Positions 36,641 to 48,934 of a DNA stretch of 64,000 nt are shown piece after piece. The DNA is taken from the NCBI GenBank assembly GCA_951406725.2, contig OX597814.1:203236001-203300000 (forward strand), in the 5' to 3' direction. Source of the stretch: Octopus vulgaris. Taxonomy: Eukaryota. Each line of letters starts with the position of its first letter. Position 1 is the first letter of the stretch. Under the pieces are notes generated by a model that did no database searches, was not told the DNA's origin, and saw nothing but the letters and a program-made list of their open reading frames with translations. A program made the position numbers and the translations under genes.

Positions 36641-36905
36641 TTGCAGTGTGGAAGGTGTTTATAAGCCATTAAAGAAACACACAAAAACCATTAGATTCAC
36701 TTCAACATTTAAATTTAATTTGTCAAAATATTTTCATCGCTTTGAAACCGCGACCTGTTCACTGACAAAGCTTTGTGCTGTCAGTGAACAGGTCACGGTC
36801 TCAAAGCAATGAAAATATTTTGACAAATTAAATTTAAATGTTGAAGTGAATCTAATGGTTTTTGTGTGTTTCTTTAATGGCTTATAAACACCTTCCATGC
36901 TGCAA
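36641..36905. mobile_element. Near-perfect fold-back (arms of about 125 bp), PLE-type, with two G3-C8 hammerheads
   Basis: ttgcagtgtggaaggtg...cactgaca and tgtcagtg...caccttccatgctgcaa, spacer about 11 nt; follows a (TA)n array. Confidence 0.7.
36720..36768 (-). ncRNA. Minimal hammerhead motif, G3-C8 core variant
   Basis: UUGUCA-GUGAACA-G-GUCGC[GGUUUCAAA]GCGAU-GAAA[AUAU]UU-UGACAA; mirror copy on + at 36779-36825 with the same core. Confidence 0.65.
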
Positions 36906-39900
36906 GTATTTCTTGTGTGTACAGTTAGATACTTCCGTTTATAATATGTAATGTGTAAATGTAAGAAATGGTATGATTAACACAAGATGCAGTTTACATA
37001 GGATGCAAATAGTCAGTGGCGACACCTGTGTAAGCAACAAATGATATAAACTGCATCTTGTGTTAATCATACACACACATATATATATATATATACATAT
37101 ATAGCATCCAGCCATTTGATAGCTTCCTATCAGAAATACAATCAAGTCATTGTTTGAAAATAGATTGGACCACATAATGACTTTAACACCCTTTACTGCA
37201 CGGTGACACCTGCAATACACAGTAACTGTAACCCCTATACTTACAGCCCCTTTATTAGATTTGATCCCCTTCATTATAATGTGACTAAACTTTTTACTAC
37301 ATAGACATCCCTTTTTTTTTCTTTTTTACATTGACTTTAGCCTTACATAAGGACATTAACCCCTTTATTATAGCGATTTCAACCCCTTTACTACTACAAT
37401 AATGAATCTTTCAATTATTTCCCAACCAAAGGGCACATAATGCCTAACAGCTTGTTGGATGATCATGGTTGGAATCAATCGGCTCAATCAAGGTTGCACA
37501 ACTATTCGTCTTTTACTTACCTTACTTTTAACTATTAATTGCTTGTTTCTCTCTCTCCATAATTTCATTTCAAACCATACTGCTAACATTTTACAAAGAA
37601 TAATTGTAATTCCCTCCCTTCGGCTCTTCTTCCTGTTTTTTTTCTTTCTTTTCTCCTTTAAATGATTTTCCAGTCTTCGTGTTTTTATCACAACTTAGTG
37701 ACAGTAATATCAAAAGACCACTGTGGGTTCCAACTTCAGCATAAATAAACATCTTGTTTATATACACGTTTTTGAAAGATTTGTATCATTTTAATTTAAA
37801 TTTTCTTCTTTCATTTTATTTTAAATTAAAAACAACAAAAATAAAAACCTTGAATGACGGTGGTGATCCAAACTATCTTGTCGTACACACAAGCACTGAG
37901 AAACAATAACCGTAACGTTTGTCTTCTTCAGAACATCTCAACTATAAAACAATGAATAATAATAATAATAATAATAATAACCACCTAAGACTGACTGCTG
38001 ACATCAGCCATGTGATATCTTTACCGTGATAAGGGATATCAGTTCTCTTCACTTTTTTTTTTTTCTACTTTTGCACTGCTTGACTCAGAGTATTCTTCCA
38101 CAGGTGCATCTCTCAACAACAATTCTTCATATTTGTTGCAGTTTTATTTATCCATCCATCAGTAACATTTATTTTTGAAATATGTTTAATGTTCCTCCCA
38201 CCAACCATCCCATTCCCCACCTCTTTTTTTTCTTTTTGTTCCCCCCAAACCAATTCCTTTATGTCCTTACTAGAATAAAAAACCCAAAATTCATTGCTGG
38301 ACAGCTTCCACCAGCACTGCCATAGCTCTCCATCAGAAAAATATTTAAAAAGAATACAAAAGACAAACTAAAATGATTTACTTTCCTTTCACATGTCTGA
38401 TGAAGGCGAGCCCAAAAGCCTGCCAAAGTTAAATTATTAAAATCACCCTCCCACTTTATTATCATTAATTATTATTAATATCATCACTTATTAATTATTC
38501 TTTTTATTTGTCTGACATGAAAGTAATCCTCTTCATGCAACCTTCTCTAATAGAAGGATATATTTTACAAATTCATTCTTGCTTTAAAATAATAAAGATA
38601 ACATCTGTGACATTCGAGTTGGTCTTTGTTATTGTTTATAATTCTCTTCACTCTTATTTTATACAAATGTAATAATTTTCTATAATTACAAAATTTCAAT
38701 AGGGATTTAGTAAGATTTCTAAGTTAATTTTTTTGTAAAGCCTTTATATTTACATAAGCCAGAATCCAATTTGTTTTTAGCTCCTGGTAGACCTGCTGTA
38801 TAGTGTATCTGGGACAAAACTGCATGTTTTGTTCCCCCCCCCCTCTCACCTCTTTATTCAAGATAGAATATGAATGCAATTTGGTTGCTATTTCTAGCAG
38901 ATTTGAGACACCATGCAGAACCTCTACACTGCATAAAATTTCAATAGAATTTAACTTTGTAAGAGCTTTAATGGATCTTTGAAATCTTATTTCAAACTTC
39001 TAAATTGACTAAATTGAAAATGAATTCCAAAAAAATTACAGAACCTTAAGAATATGATAACTCACTATGATAAGACTAGTTTGTTGCAACTATATACTTT
39101 CAGGTAAAATAGATACATACCCTAGGCATGAATTTTGCCAGTTTATTGAAGCTAAAAAATAAGTACCACATTTACTGCCTGGTTTATATACAGAATGAGA
39201 CAACTGGACACAGCTGTTCAGATGCTGAAAATAGGTACGGCTGGGAGAATAAGTGCCTTGTTGTCCTAAGGAAGATTCAATTTCAAAATTAGCTTATCCC
39301 TTTTGTTACCATATTTATTTTGAGATGCTGTTTCTTTCAATTAATTTTAAATATAAAGAATTTAGAAAAATAACTTAGTTTTATCATTAAGCTAAGTGAT
39401 TGTGACTAACGTTTGGAATATTTTAATTCAAAACTTATGAAAAGACTGGTTTCAACTTGGTTGGTAATCAAAAGGGTTATCAGTGTATGAATTAAAAAAA
39501 AAATCTCATACTCAATCTCACTGGGATCTCCAGTCTGTTCAAGTATGAATATATTTTTCTAACCTTAGAATGACATTTCCGATGTTCAGATTTGTTTAAT
39601 CTTTAAATTTTTGTGTATTTTTACAATATAACCCTTTAGTTACATTTCTGATCAACACCGCTTTTGTCGTAATTAATTTTGAATGAAATTTTGACAGAAT
39701 GTGTTTAAATCTCTTTATAAGAGAAAAATGTCCATCTTTGATAGCTGGTTCATACTGATTGGTGTAAGTGTCGATTGCAAATCCTGACAGATATTACATA
39801 CAAATGCATCACTAATCCACTTGATGTTACATCCACTTTCATAAATCCCCTTTGGCCTACTTTAAATGCTAATTAACTCCATCTTTCTACCCAGTTCATT

Positions 39901-40736
39901 CCATTTATCTCTGAAGCTGACATGGATATCGCTTTCTGCATGCACATTTTTTCTAGCTTCAACATGCTAGAAAATACAGCCAAATCTTCCCAAAACCTTT
40001 ATACCTGAAACAGGTTTTTTTTTTTTTCAAAACTTTGTTACTTTCCATTTCCACTTTTGTACCACAAAGCTTCAAGCAAACTACAATGCTCACACATACA
40101 CAAAGTCTTTGATGCAAAGAAAAAAAATAATTCAGAATGGTCATGACTGGAATTCTTTATCAAAAGTCTGCTCCATTATGATTGATGGTGGGGGTGGGGG
40201 TTAGACAAGGTTTGGAAATTTAAAGTTTTGATTGAAGCTCATTCTTGCATCTGCCATGGATGATCCTGCAACAATAAATTCAGTGACAAATATAGCTTCC
40301 ACTCTCCAACTGTTGCCAGTCTTAAATACTATGATAAAGGAAAGCAATAAACAGAACTTCACTGAACAACCATTTACATCAAAGAATTCACATGTTCTAA
40401 GTAGACGTTTACACTTAGAAATGATCAGGGGACATAACACTTTTCTTCAATGCTTACCATATTTCTTTAGTGCAGCTGTGCTGGGCACTGCATTGAAGGA
40501 TTTTAGTCCAACTAAGTAACCCGTTATTTTTTTCTTTCCAAGACTGGTACTTTACCAGTCATCTTTGCTAAGTTATAGAGAATGTAAACAAACCAACATC
40601 AAAATATGTATATACAAAGCTTCCATCTATCCAATTCACTCACAAGGTATCAGTCAGCTTAGGAGCTGTAGAAGACCTAGCCAGACATGCTTGTGCCTGG
40701 AAAGATTTTTTCTTAATGCATTATATAGAATCTCTT

Positions 40737-40784
40737 GTAGACATGCTCTAAAGCCAGCTGGTAGACATGCTCTAAAGCCAGCTG
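40737..40784. repeat. 24-bp perfect tandem duplication
   Basis: gtagacatgctctaaagccagctg twice. Confidence 0.9.
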
Positions 40785-42882
40785 AGTGATTAAGAAGTGC
40801 TATGTTGCAACTGGATATCTGGGATTTAGTCCCACTACAGCTCCAGGACAAACTCTTCAGTGGATAAGGTAGACAGACTGGGAAGAAGCCTGTCAGATAC
40901 ATGGGAGCAAGTTCAGGTCTTATTTTGAAAGTTGCACAAACTGTTAACTAATGTCATCATTTAAACAATAATGTCTATTTACAATCAATAAAATCACATC
41001 TAAAAAAAAAAAAAAAGTGTTGAGGGAGTTGGCAACAACAGCAACCACTCCATCTATGGTTCCACAAGCTGTATCCAACTATCCCAATGTGTTTTTTTTT
41101 TCCCCCATCAAGAGTACATTGTGCAATACCTTCCATTAATCCCATACTTAAATGGATTAATACAGGTTAGCAGATAGCTAGATTTGTTCCAAGCTTGTCA
41201 CTACAGAAAGTGACACTTAGATGCCAAACGATTACTTGAAAATCCAATAAGAATTTCTTCGTAACTATTGAAAGACCACCACCATTATTACTTAAAATTC
41301 AATGCAGAGCTGAAGATAAACCAAACTTGCAAGCATGAGCAATAACAAGATTTCATGGGCAGTAACGGATGCAGATTTTTCCGTCCTCGCAACTGATGCA
41401 GTTGAAAATTCCATTTCCCTGATGCTTTGCTGTCAAATGTAGCTAATTGCTCTATCAATATTACAAAAGGTCACATCTTCCATCATAGCAGTTTTCTCAA
41501 ACATGGCTACTTAGATCATTTAGCTTGTGCACATAAAACGAGATACCTGAAGAATGAAATAAATCACTTTATACCTGGTTCATAAATTACTTTCCTACCT
41601 CCTCCAAAGCATGCTAACCAAGGAGTTGTGACTACACCTACAAGAACCAGCTGAACCAATTTCATTTTTTCTTCTGGCCTATATCACAAGGCCACTGGCA
41701 ATCATGTCAGGTCCAGCTATTTATGATCAACTTTCACCACTCCCTAAAATTAATTTTTTCAACCATCATTCAGTATAATCCACTTATGCTTAATCTTTCA
41801 GAATATCATTCACAAAAACTGAAAATGCTTGCTTAGTCAGAGACTCTCAAACATTTCAAAAATATCTAGCTCATGAATACACATACCTGTGCATCTATGT
41901 AGTCTCACAATGTGGAGAATTATTACCTACTTCAGGCATGCTCAATTCCCAGATCATAGCTACAGGAACTAAGGTATCAGACAGCCAGTTAAGCTTGCCT
42001 TTCATTCTTTGCTGAAATCAATGTTGCACAGCTGTATATTATGAAGTTGATGTAGCTGGGCTGACAGTACAAGTTAAGCTAAGACTGGGAGACAACATAG
42101 CAAAATGGTAAAATTTCAGCACCCAAGCATGTTATTTTGCTCTGCAGTAGCTGCATCTATGTATGATCTATGAAGCACTAAATTTCAAAGGTCCAGGAAT
42201 ATTTTGCTACTTTTATGCAAAAAGACCACATTTTGTTTACAACAATATCAATGATAAATCTTGCATCACAAAATAAAACATTCCTTGTAAATTTCTAGCC
42301 TGATTCTTGAGAAACATTCATTACAAAGCTTTCAGAAAAAACATTTTTAACAAGGTAATTTTTTTTAAAGTTGACATGTCAGGTTAAACTACAAATATAT
42401 GAAAAACTAATGGAGAATCCATTGATGTGACATTAGAACCATTTTTTCAGAACAGGGCACTTGTAAATGGAGGAAACAAATCGAAAAAATTTGGAAATCC
42501 CAGTCAGCATCGAAGCTACACAAAAATCTTATGTACTGCATTGCTATCTCCTCTAAAAGACAAGCTTACTATAGAGGAGATTCTTGGCTACCCCAGTAGG
42601 ACAAGGAAGGAGAGGAAGAGAAAATGGAGTGAGTGAAACGGGGGAGGTAGATATGTCGGCATAAACTACAAATATGTGAGTGGAAGGACCTGCAGCAGAT
42701 GGTGATCACAGGCAGCTAGGAAAAGGGGTTGCAGTGTATTTTGACACAGGACAGATCATCTGAGAGAAAGTCAAGTGGTAATGGAATATTCCTCTATGGA
42801 TGGATGGCCACAAGCTCAAATCAGGTATATATTATATATATTAAAAAAAAAAAAAAAGGAAGGCAGGCATTTAAAAAAAAGT

Positions 42883-42888
42883 TTTATT
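42883..42888 (-). terminator. Probable proximal poly(A) signal of eIF1
   Basis: AATAAA on minus about 230 nt after the stop codon, followed by U-rich tracts. Confidence 0.5.
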
Positions 42889-43114
42889 AATTGCATACAA
42901 AAAAAGTAATAAAGCACTAAAAGACAGCCATTCCCAAATAATGGGATAAATTTACATAGGTATCATGGCCAGTGATTCAGCCGAATTCAGTGAAGATCTA
43001 ATTTAAAAGAAAAAATTAGGATGGACAAATACATCAACGGCCAATAAATACATTGCTACCTGTTTTGAAGGTCCAAGTACATAGTAGCAATAGGCGCTGG
43101 ATCAGCAGAGGTAC

Positions 43115-43129
43115 TTAGAAACCATGTAC
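43115..43129 (-). CDS. EIF1: eIF1/SUI1 coding exon 4 (VHGF*)
   Basis: TTTTAG|GTA CAT GGT TTC TAA; canonical eIF1 C-terminus; total protein 111 aa. Confidence 0.95.
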   Translation of the reverse strand, partial: VHGF

Positions 43130-43230
43130 CTAAAACGAAAGGAAACATCACAAGATAATTACAGGAAAGAATTTAAATGACATACATACAAATGGTCTTC
43201 AATAAAAAATAGAGAAATAACCATAGTTAC

Positions 43231-43362
43231 CTTTAACTGTTCATCTTTGGCAATCTTGCGACACTTCAGAAACTCCTTTATATTGGTTCTCTGATCTCCT
43301 TGCAACTGTATAACTTCCCCGTACTCAGGATGGTCCACTACAGTACCATTACAGGCGAATTC
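43231..43362 (-). CDS. EIF1: eIF1/SUI1 coding exon 3
   Basis: TTAACAG| ... |GTAACT; EFACNGTVVDHPEYGEVIQLQGDQRTNIKEFLKCRKIAKDEQLK. Confidence 0.97.
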
Positions 43363-43483
43363 CTGTTAAAAGCACAACTTCCGTTAACAATACAGAAACA
43401 CTTAAAAATTAATACAACAATCGACAAAAGAAATTACGTCATAAAAGCACAAGAAAAAGACATTCGATGCCAACCAAACTTAC

Positions 43484-43644
43484 TCTCTTGCAGGCCTTGA
43501 CTATCTTTTTTAAGTCGAATTGCGTCGAGATTCCTTGCACAGTAGTTAGGGTTTTTCGCCCGTTTCTCTGTTGAATCCGAATATGAATTATACTGTCTTG
43601 AACGCCAGCACAACCACCAACTTCATCGCTGGCAGTCTTCAGAT
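43484..43644 (-). CDS. EIF1: eIF1/SUI1 coding exon 2
   Basis: TTTCAG| ... |GTAAGT; DLKTASDEVGGCAGVQDSIIHIRIQQRNGRKTLTTVQGISTQFDLKKIVKACKR contains the eIF1 signature IHIRIQQRNGRKTLTTVQG. Confidence 0.97.
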
Positions 43645-43696
43645 CTGAAACAACCAAAAATTCCTCAACTCAAAGATTCCACTACAGCTGCCTGAC

Positions 43697-43707
43697 TGCG
43701 CATGCGC
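43697..43707. promoter_or_regulatory. NRF1-type palindrome in eIF1 intron 1
   Basis: TGCGCATGCGC, with two intact CpGs in a CpG-depleted background. Confidence 0.45.
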
Positions 43708-44480
43708 CTGCCAGCCCACTTTAGACACAAATGGCAACAGTTTGCTTTGCACAATATATATATTACATTTTAAAACACAAATTTGCAATCAAGAAATAAA
43801 CCAATAATGCATAATAAAATCTGTGCTATCCAGTGATCAGATGAACCACTGCATAAAAAAAATGCAGCTGCATAGAAGTGCTTGGAACTGTGTCTATAGC
43901 CACTCCTCAAAGACAAAAGATGGCTAGTTAAGATATACACTTAATATATATTTTTTTTCTTTTTGCAAAACTGGATTTTTGGGGTTAAAGGGAAAGAAGA
44001 ACGAAAGATGACCAAAAGCAGTTTTAATTTATATGCAACTGACATCACGAGTAAATAAAATTCCTTTACAAAAATTTTTTTTTCATTTGTAGATTTCAAA
44101 TAAAAGATGTAATTTATCAAATTGGAAATTAGTCCCATTTTTTTTTACCTCATCAGTAGAAAAAGAGGATATTAAGTGATAAGTGTAATATAATTCCTAT
44201 TAGGTTCAAATAAAATTATGGTTAGCAAATGGAATATATTGCAAAAATGAAGAAATTTCTTCATTTTTGCAATATATTTTGCAATATACTACATAGAGTA
44301 GTAGTAGTGATTCTGTTTCTAAGACCAATATTGATTGCTCAGCTATAGACAATCCACAAAGGAGTGGATGCGAGATTGCAAATTGCAAATATTTAAAAAT
44401 GCATAAGCACTGAAAGGTACTAACGAGTGGAAATTTGAACAAAAACGAGTAAAAGATAGATTTTGGATGAAAGATGAAAA

Positions 44481-44490
44481 AAGATGGCGG
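44481..44490. promoter_or_regulatory. YY1 consensus site in eIF1 intron 1
   Basis: AAGATGGCGG exact match, about 150 bp inside the first intron; binding not shown. Confidence 0.4.
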
Positions 44491-44643
44491 AGGAAGAGAG
44501 CAAAGTAGGCCATAAATAAATAAATCAATCTTGAAATCCATCAAGAAAAACGGTTCTTCATCATTGCATTTCGTAATATTCGATTCCAGAGGTCGATTTT
44601 ATGGGAATGGTTAGGATTTTAAGCGAAAATATTCGATACTTAC

Positions 44644-44671
44644 CTAAAGAAAGGCTCGGGATACAGGTCAT
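44644..44671 (-). CDS. EIF1: eIF1/SUI1 coding exon 1 (MTCIPSLSL + G)
   Basis: Minus strand CTGCTGT-ATG ACC TGT ATC CCG AGC CTT TCT TTA G|GTAAGT; phase-1 intron before Asp as in vertebrate EIF1; no other ATG up to about 44950. Confidence 0.85.
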
Positions 44672-44944
44672 ACAGCAGGTAGTGTTTATTCCACCAAATG
44701 GTATCAAACCCCGACAGTGAGGGGTGGCAAAGAGTTTTTTCTCGAGTTAAAAAGGAAAGCGAAGGCTAAATCGATACACACAAAGGGAAGACCTTGTGTG
44801 TATGTATCAACTTGTTGATGGGTTTTAAAAAACAGGAAGAATTCAAGAAGAGCGAGTAAGAAATGAAACACAGTTGGGTTGCAGAAAAAGCGAAATGAAC
44901 TGCTCGTTGAGCAAGCAGGAAACAGAGCGGCTCGGAGATCAGAG

Positions 44945-45025
44945 AGGAATGGCTGAGAGTGACAAAGTAAGGGTCTTTTATTGCGAATGGTGACGTTTCA
45001 ACTAACTTCACATTTCGACCAATCA
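44945..45025 (-). promoter_or_regulatory. Probable eIF1 core promoter
   Basis: Minus strand: TATA-like AATAAAAG at 44982-44975, about 30 nt before an initiator-like GCCATTCCTCTCT (A at 44950); TGACGT CRE-like site at 44991-44996; CCAAT at 45019-45023; local CpG enrichment. Confidence 0.55.
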
Positions 45026-48000
45026 AAACCAAGTCTCACAAAATGTTCGAGAATAACGCAGATAGTTAGTAACCAAATTTTTTTTTTGCTTTACTGAATA
45101 TTTATTTTTTTCGCTTCACTGAAGTGTAATTTCGTTGAATTAAATCTTATTTTGAACGTAAAACTTTATTTTATTTTACTATTATTCAATTTTTCTCGCG
45201 ACAATGCTATTTCTCACCTACTCTAGTGTCTTCTTTTGCCGTCTAAAATCTAAATGTCTAATTTAGACAGTCCATGACAGACATATTATTAGTAGTAGTA
45301 AAATTATTTATGTAACGGTTTCAAAGCTGAGCCAAAATTGCCATGATTAATAAGATAAATAACGTGTGTCTGCAAGTAACAGCACACAGAGGGAGTTCGA
45401 TTGGAATTTTTATCGAATTTGTTCCTTACTGATGATATATTGAATAATTTATTTGCAAGCAATCACTATCCAAAATCTATTCACAGTTTTTTGTTGTTTT
45501 TTTTACCTTTCCACTCCTTTCACATGACTAATTGTACATATTTAATTTTCTTCATTCTAGTAGTTTGATGTCATGATTTCCAGGAAGAAAAAAAAAGCCC
45601 CACCCTTAAATAATTAAAGCATGATAAAAGTAGGTATTTCTCAACCATAAAAATAATGTTAGCGTAGGGAGCAATCCGTATTTCACTTGTGTTTTACATG
45701 AAAAATATAACTAGTTATGGCGAACCTCTTAAATCCAGTCATCTGCTCGTAATAAGTAAGTATATTGTTTTCTACTGAAATTGATTCCATTTCACTGGAG
45801 AATAATTTACACAATATTGTAACTTTTTCTCAATCATTCGTGTTATATGTTTCTTCTCTGTAACTGACCAAAAATTAAAGTAATTCTAGCTTGTAGAAAT
45901 ACACTATACACACTTTAAAATTGCGCATATGTACATGTCTTCACTTATCTCTGGCATTAAACTGCGGCCATGCTGGGGCACCGCCTTGGAAGATGTATGA
46001 GATCGTTTCATTTTCCTGCATTGTTTTTATTTTTAAATACCCCCAGGATCATTTTATTAGAAATAATTTCTAATAATCGCTTAGTTCTAAATATAATCAC
46101 AAACAAGATTTAAAATTATAATGATAATTACAATTATCTACATGCGTTACACACGAGAAAACTGTACAGTCAATATATTTATCAATTATTCTATTATCTC
46201 GATATTATTTAGTTTTAATCGATCTCTTTAAAAGTCAATAAAAATGTATATTTTTTTCTGTTAGTCTGTCAACAAGAATTCAGTCGTATATTACATAATA
46301 ATTATAAAGATGACAACTCATGACAGATATTTAACATTTTTATCAATTGTAAATTATATAATTTAAAGTTAATTTCATTGTTTACTTTTCTTGTGTGCAT
46401 TTGCATGACAGTTGTTTGACTCTTTGGAAAAAGAATTTTGTGAAGAATATCTAATTTGCAAAAGAATATTTAGTGGAACCGAAAAGCTGTAGGAGGTCTG
46501 TTGGAAGAAGAAAAGACGACATGGAACCAAGGAAGATGAGTAATGGCTACTGTACGCAGACCGACTGAGTGTGCTGAACATTTAGCTGATGAACATCTCA
46601 CCAAATAATAATCCCTTCTACTACAAGCACAAGACCAGAAATTTTGGGGAAGGAAGCTAGTTGATTACATTAACCCCAGTTCTTGACTTGCTCCTCGACG
46701 GAATGGGAGATCCGAAGATGGACGAAATGCCGCTAAGCATTTTCCCCGACCTGTTAAGGATTCTACCAGCTTGCTACCTTAATGATAATAGTCCTTTCGA
46801 CTATAGGCGCAAAGCAAGGCATTTTGGGGAAGGAGGCTTGTTGATTACGTCGATTCCAGTATGTAACTGGTACTTATTTTACCGACCCCGAAAGGATGAA
46901 AGGCAGAGTCGACTTTGGCGTAATTTGAAGTTAAGGCGGACAGAATGCCGCTAAGCATTTTGCCCAGCGTGCTACGGAGACTCCTCGAATCTGTACAGAA
47001 AACTGAATAACAAGCCCCTCATAGATTCAGGAAAGCAGTTCTAACAACATGATTGACTGACAGACCAACCAAATCTAAATTTCGGAGAAAGAAAAAGAAC
47101 ATGTAAGGGTTAGGGAGAAAATAGGTGAAATTATCTTTGACTTACAAAAAAAAAGTATTTAAAACATATTTCTGAATTAAAAGGTGAAATACAATTATAG
47201 GAGGCATGCAGAGACGGAAACCAACACCATTTTCACCCCCACCCCCCCCCAAGAAGTGATAGTTTTGAGGAGGTGATTCAAAGAACCAAATCTACTGAGC
47301 TTGCTCCTCTGTTTCATAATACATGTCTATTTTTAAGAATAATAGCTGGTGATTTGAAAGCGGGGTGTGAATAGGGAAGAGGAGATTTCTTTTGACTAGA
47401 TTACAGGTTCCATTTGTCATTTAAGATGGCTATAATTGATTGTATTGACTAAGGAGTTTTTGTTGTTTTTTTTTACTTTGGAAGAATGAAAGTTGACTTG
47501 GCAATGACAACAGTGAAATATTACTTTAAGATCATTTATGGGGTTGTTACACTGTCTCAATAGTTATTTTTGTGTTGTCTGGCACCATTACACTCAATTT
47601 GATGAAGTGAGCATTGACAACATTTAATAAAGAAATAGGTGGTGAAAAAAAGCCCATTATTTATGCTAGTATGAGAGACAACTGAGTTTTGGCCTTATTG
47701 AAGCTCTTTAGCAAAGCATAAACATCGTACTTAGTGGAATAGAGTGATACAATAATCACTAAGTGTACACTTATAGGTCTAGAAGTATTCAGACAATGGG
47801 TTACTGCAATTCATTCATTTACTTTTACGTCTGTTTTTCCTAGCAAGCATGGCTTAGATAAGTATATTATTGGAGCATAGTTTCACAGCTGAATGCTTTC
47901 CTGTTGCTAACCCTTACCTGTTTCTCAAATAAAGGATATCTTATACCCCATGCTTTTGAAGACGCAAAGCCAGTATGGATGATTTGTTGATGGGAAATAA

Positions 48001-48543
48001 TAGCAACATTACTGCTATTTTGGCAAATAGAAACAAACAAAAACATACATGCAAGCATATATATATATATATACATACATACACACATATATGAGGGGGT
48101 ACCTGGGAAGGTTTTCTGTGGGACAAGCCCGTTATAGTTCAGCCTTCCACTACTAGAAGCCACTTGATGTGACCCTCAGGTATCAGTCTGCCAACTGGCA
48201 GCATCCAGTGAACTCATACTGCCACGTGGTGTATCTTTGTTTTGCAGTGCTTCTCCCCTGTTCGTCAATTTTTGCGATGGCTGAAATGAAGGAACAGTGT
48301 GCTTCCATGAAATTCTGTTTACTGCTGGGGAAAACAGCGGCTGAAACAGTTGTCATGCTTCAAACAGCTTACAAGGACACTGCCATGAGCAAAACATGAG
48401 TTTATGAGTGGTTTTCTTGCTTTAAGAATGGTCAGATGTCGCTTGAAGACCAACCTTGTTCAGGGTGTCTGTTGTCCTCCCAAATGAATGAAAACATCAC
48501 AAAAATTCATGAACTTATTCTGGAAGACTGTTCCCAAACAATT

Positions 48544-48934
48544 ATTCTTTTACTTGTTTCAGTCATTTGACTGTGGCCATGCTGGAGCACTCCCTTTAGT
48601 CGAGGAAATCGACCCCAGGACTTATTCTTTGTAAGCCTAGTACTTATTCTATCGGTCTCTTTTGCTGAACTGCTAAGTTACGGGGACGCAAACACAGCAT
48701 TGGCTGTCAAGCAATTTTGGGGGGACAAACACAGACACACAAACATATACACACACATACATATATATATATATACGACAGGCTTCTTTCAGTTTCCGTC
48801 TCCCAAATCCACTCACAAGGCTTTGGTCGGCCCAAGGCTATAGCAGAAGACACTTGCCCAAGGTGTCACGAGTGGGACTGAACCTGGAACCATGTAGTTC
48901 ATAAGCAAGCTACTTACCACACAGCCATTCCTAC
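48544..48934 (-). mobile_element. CORE-type tRNA-derived SINE inserted in the mariner
   Basis: Near full-length; TSD ACAATT at 48538-48543 and 48935-48940; CORE-like accttgggcaagtgtctt on minus. Confidence 0.85.

Noticed and set aside
38392-38425. CTGATGAAGGCGAGCCCAAAAG hammerhead-like string
   Set aside because: No GAAA and no stem I complement; no repeat context
44705-44727. CAGTGA in a hairpin loop resembling an iron-responsive element
   Set aside because: On the strand opposite the eIF1 mRNA, and the stem does not close the hexaloop
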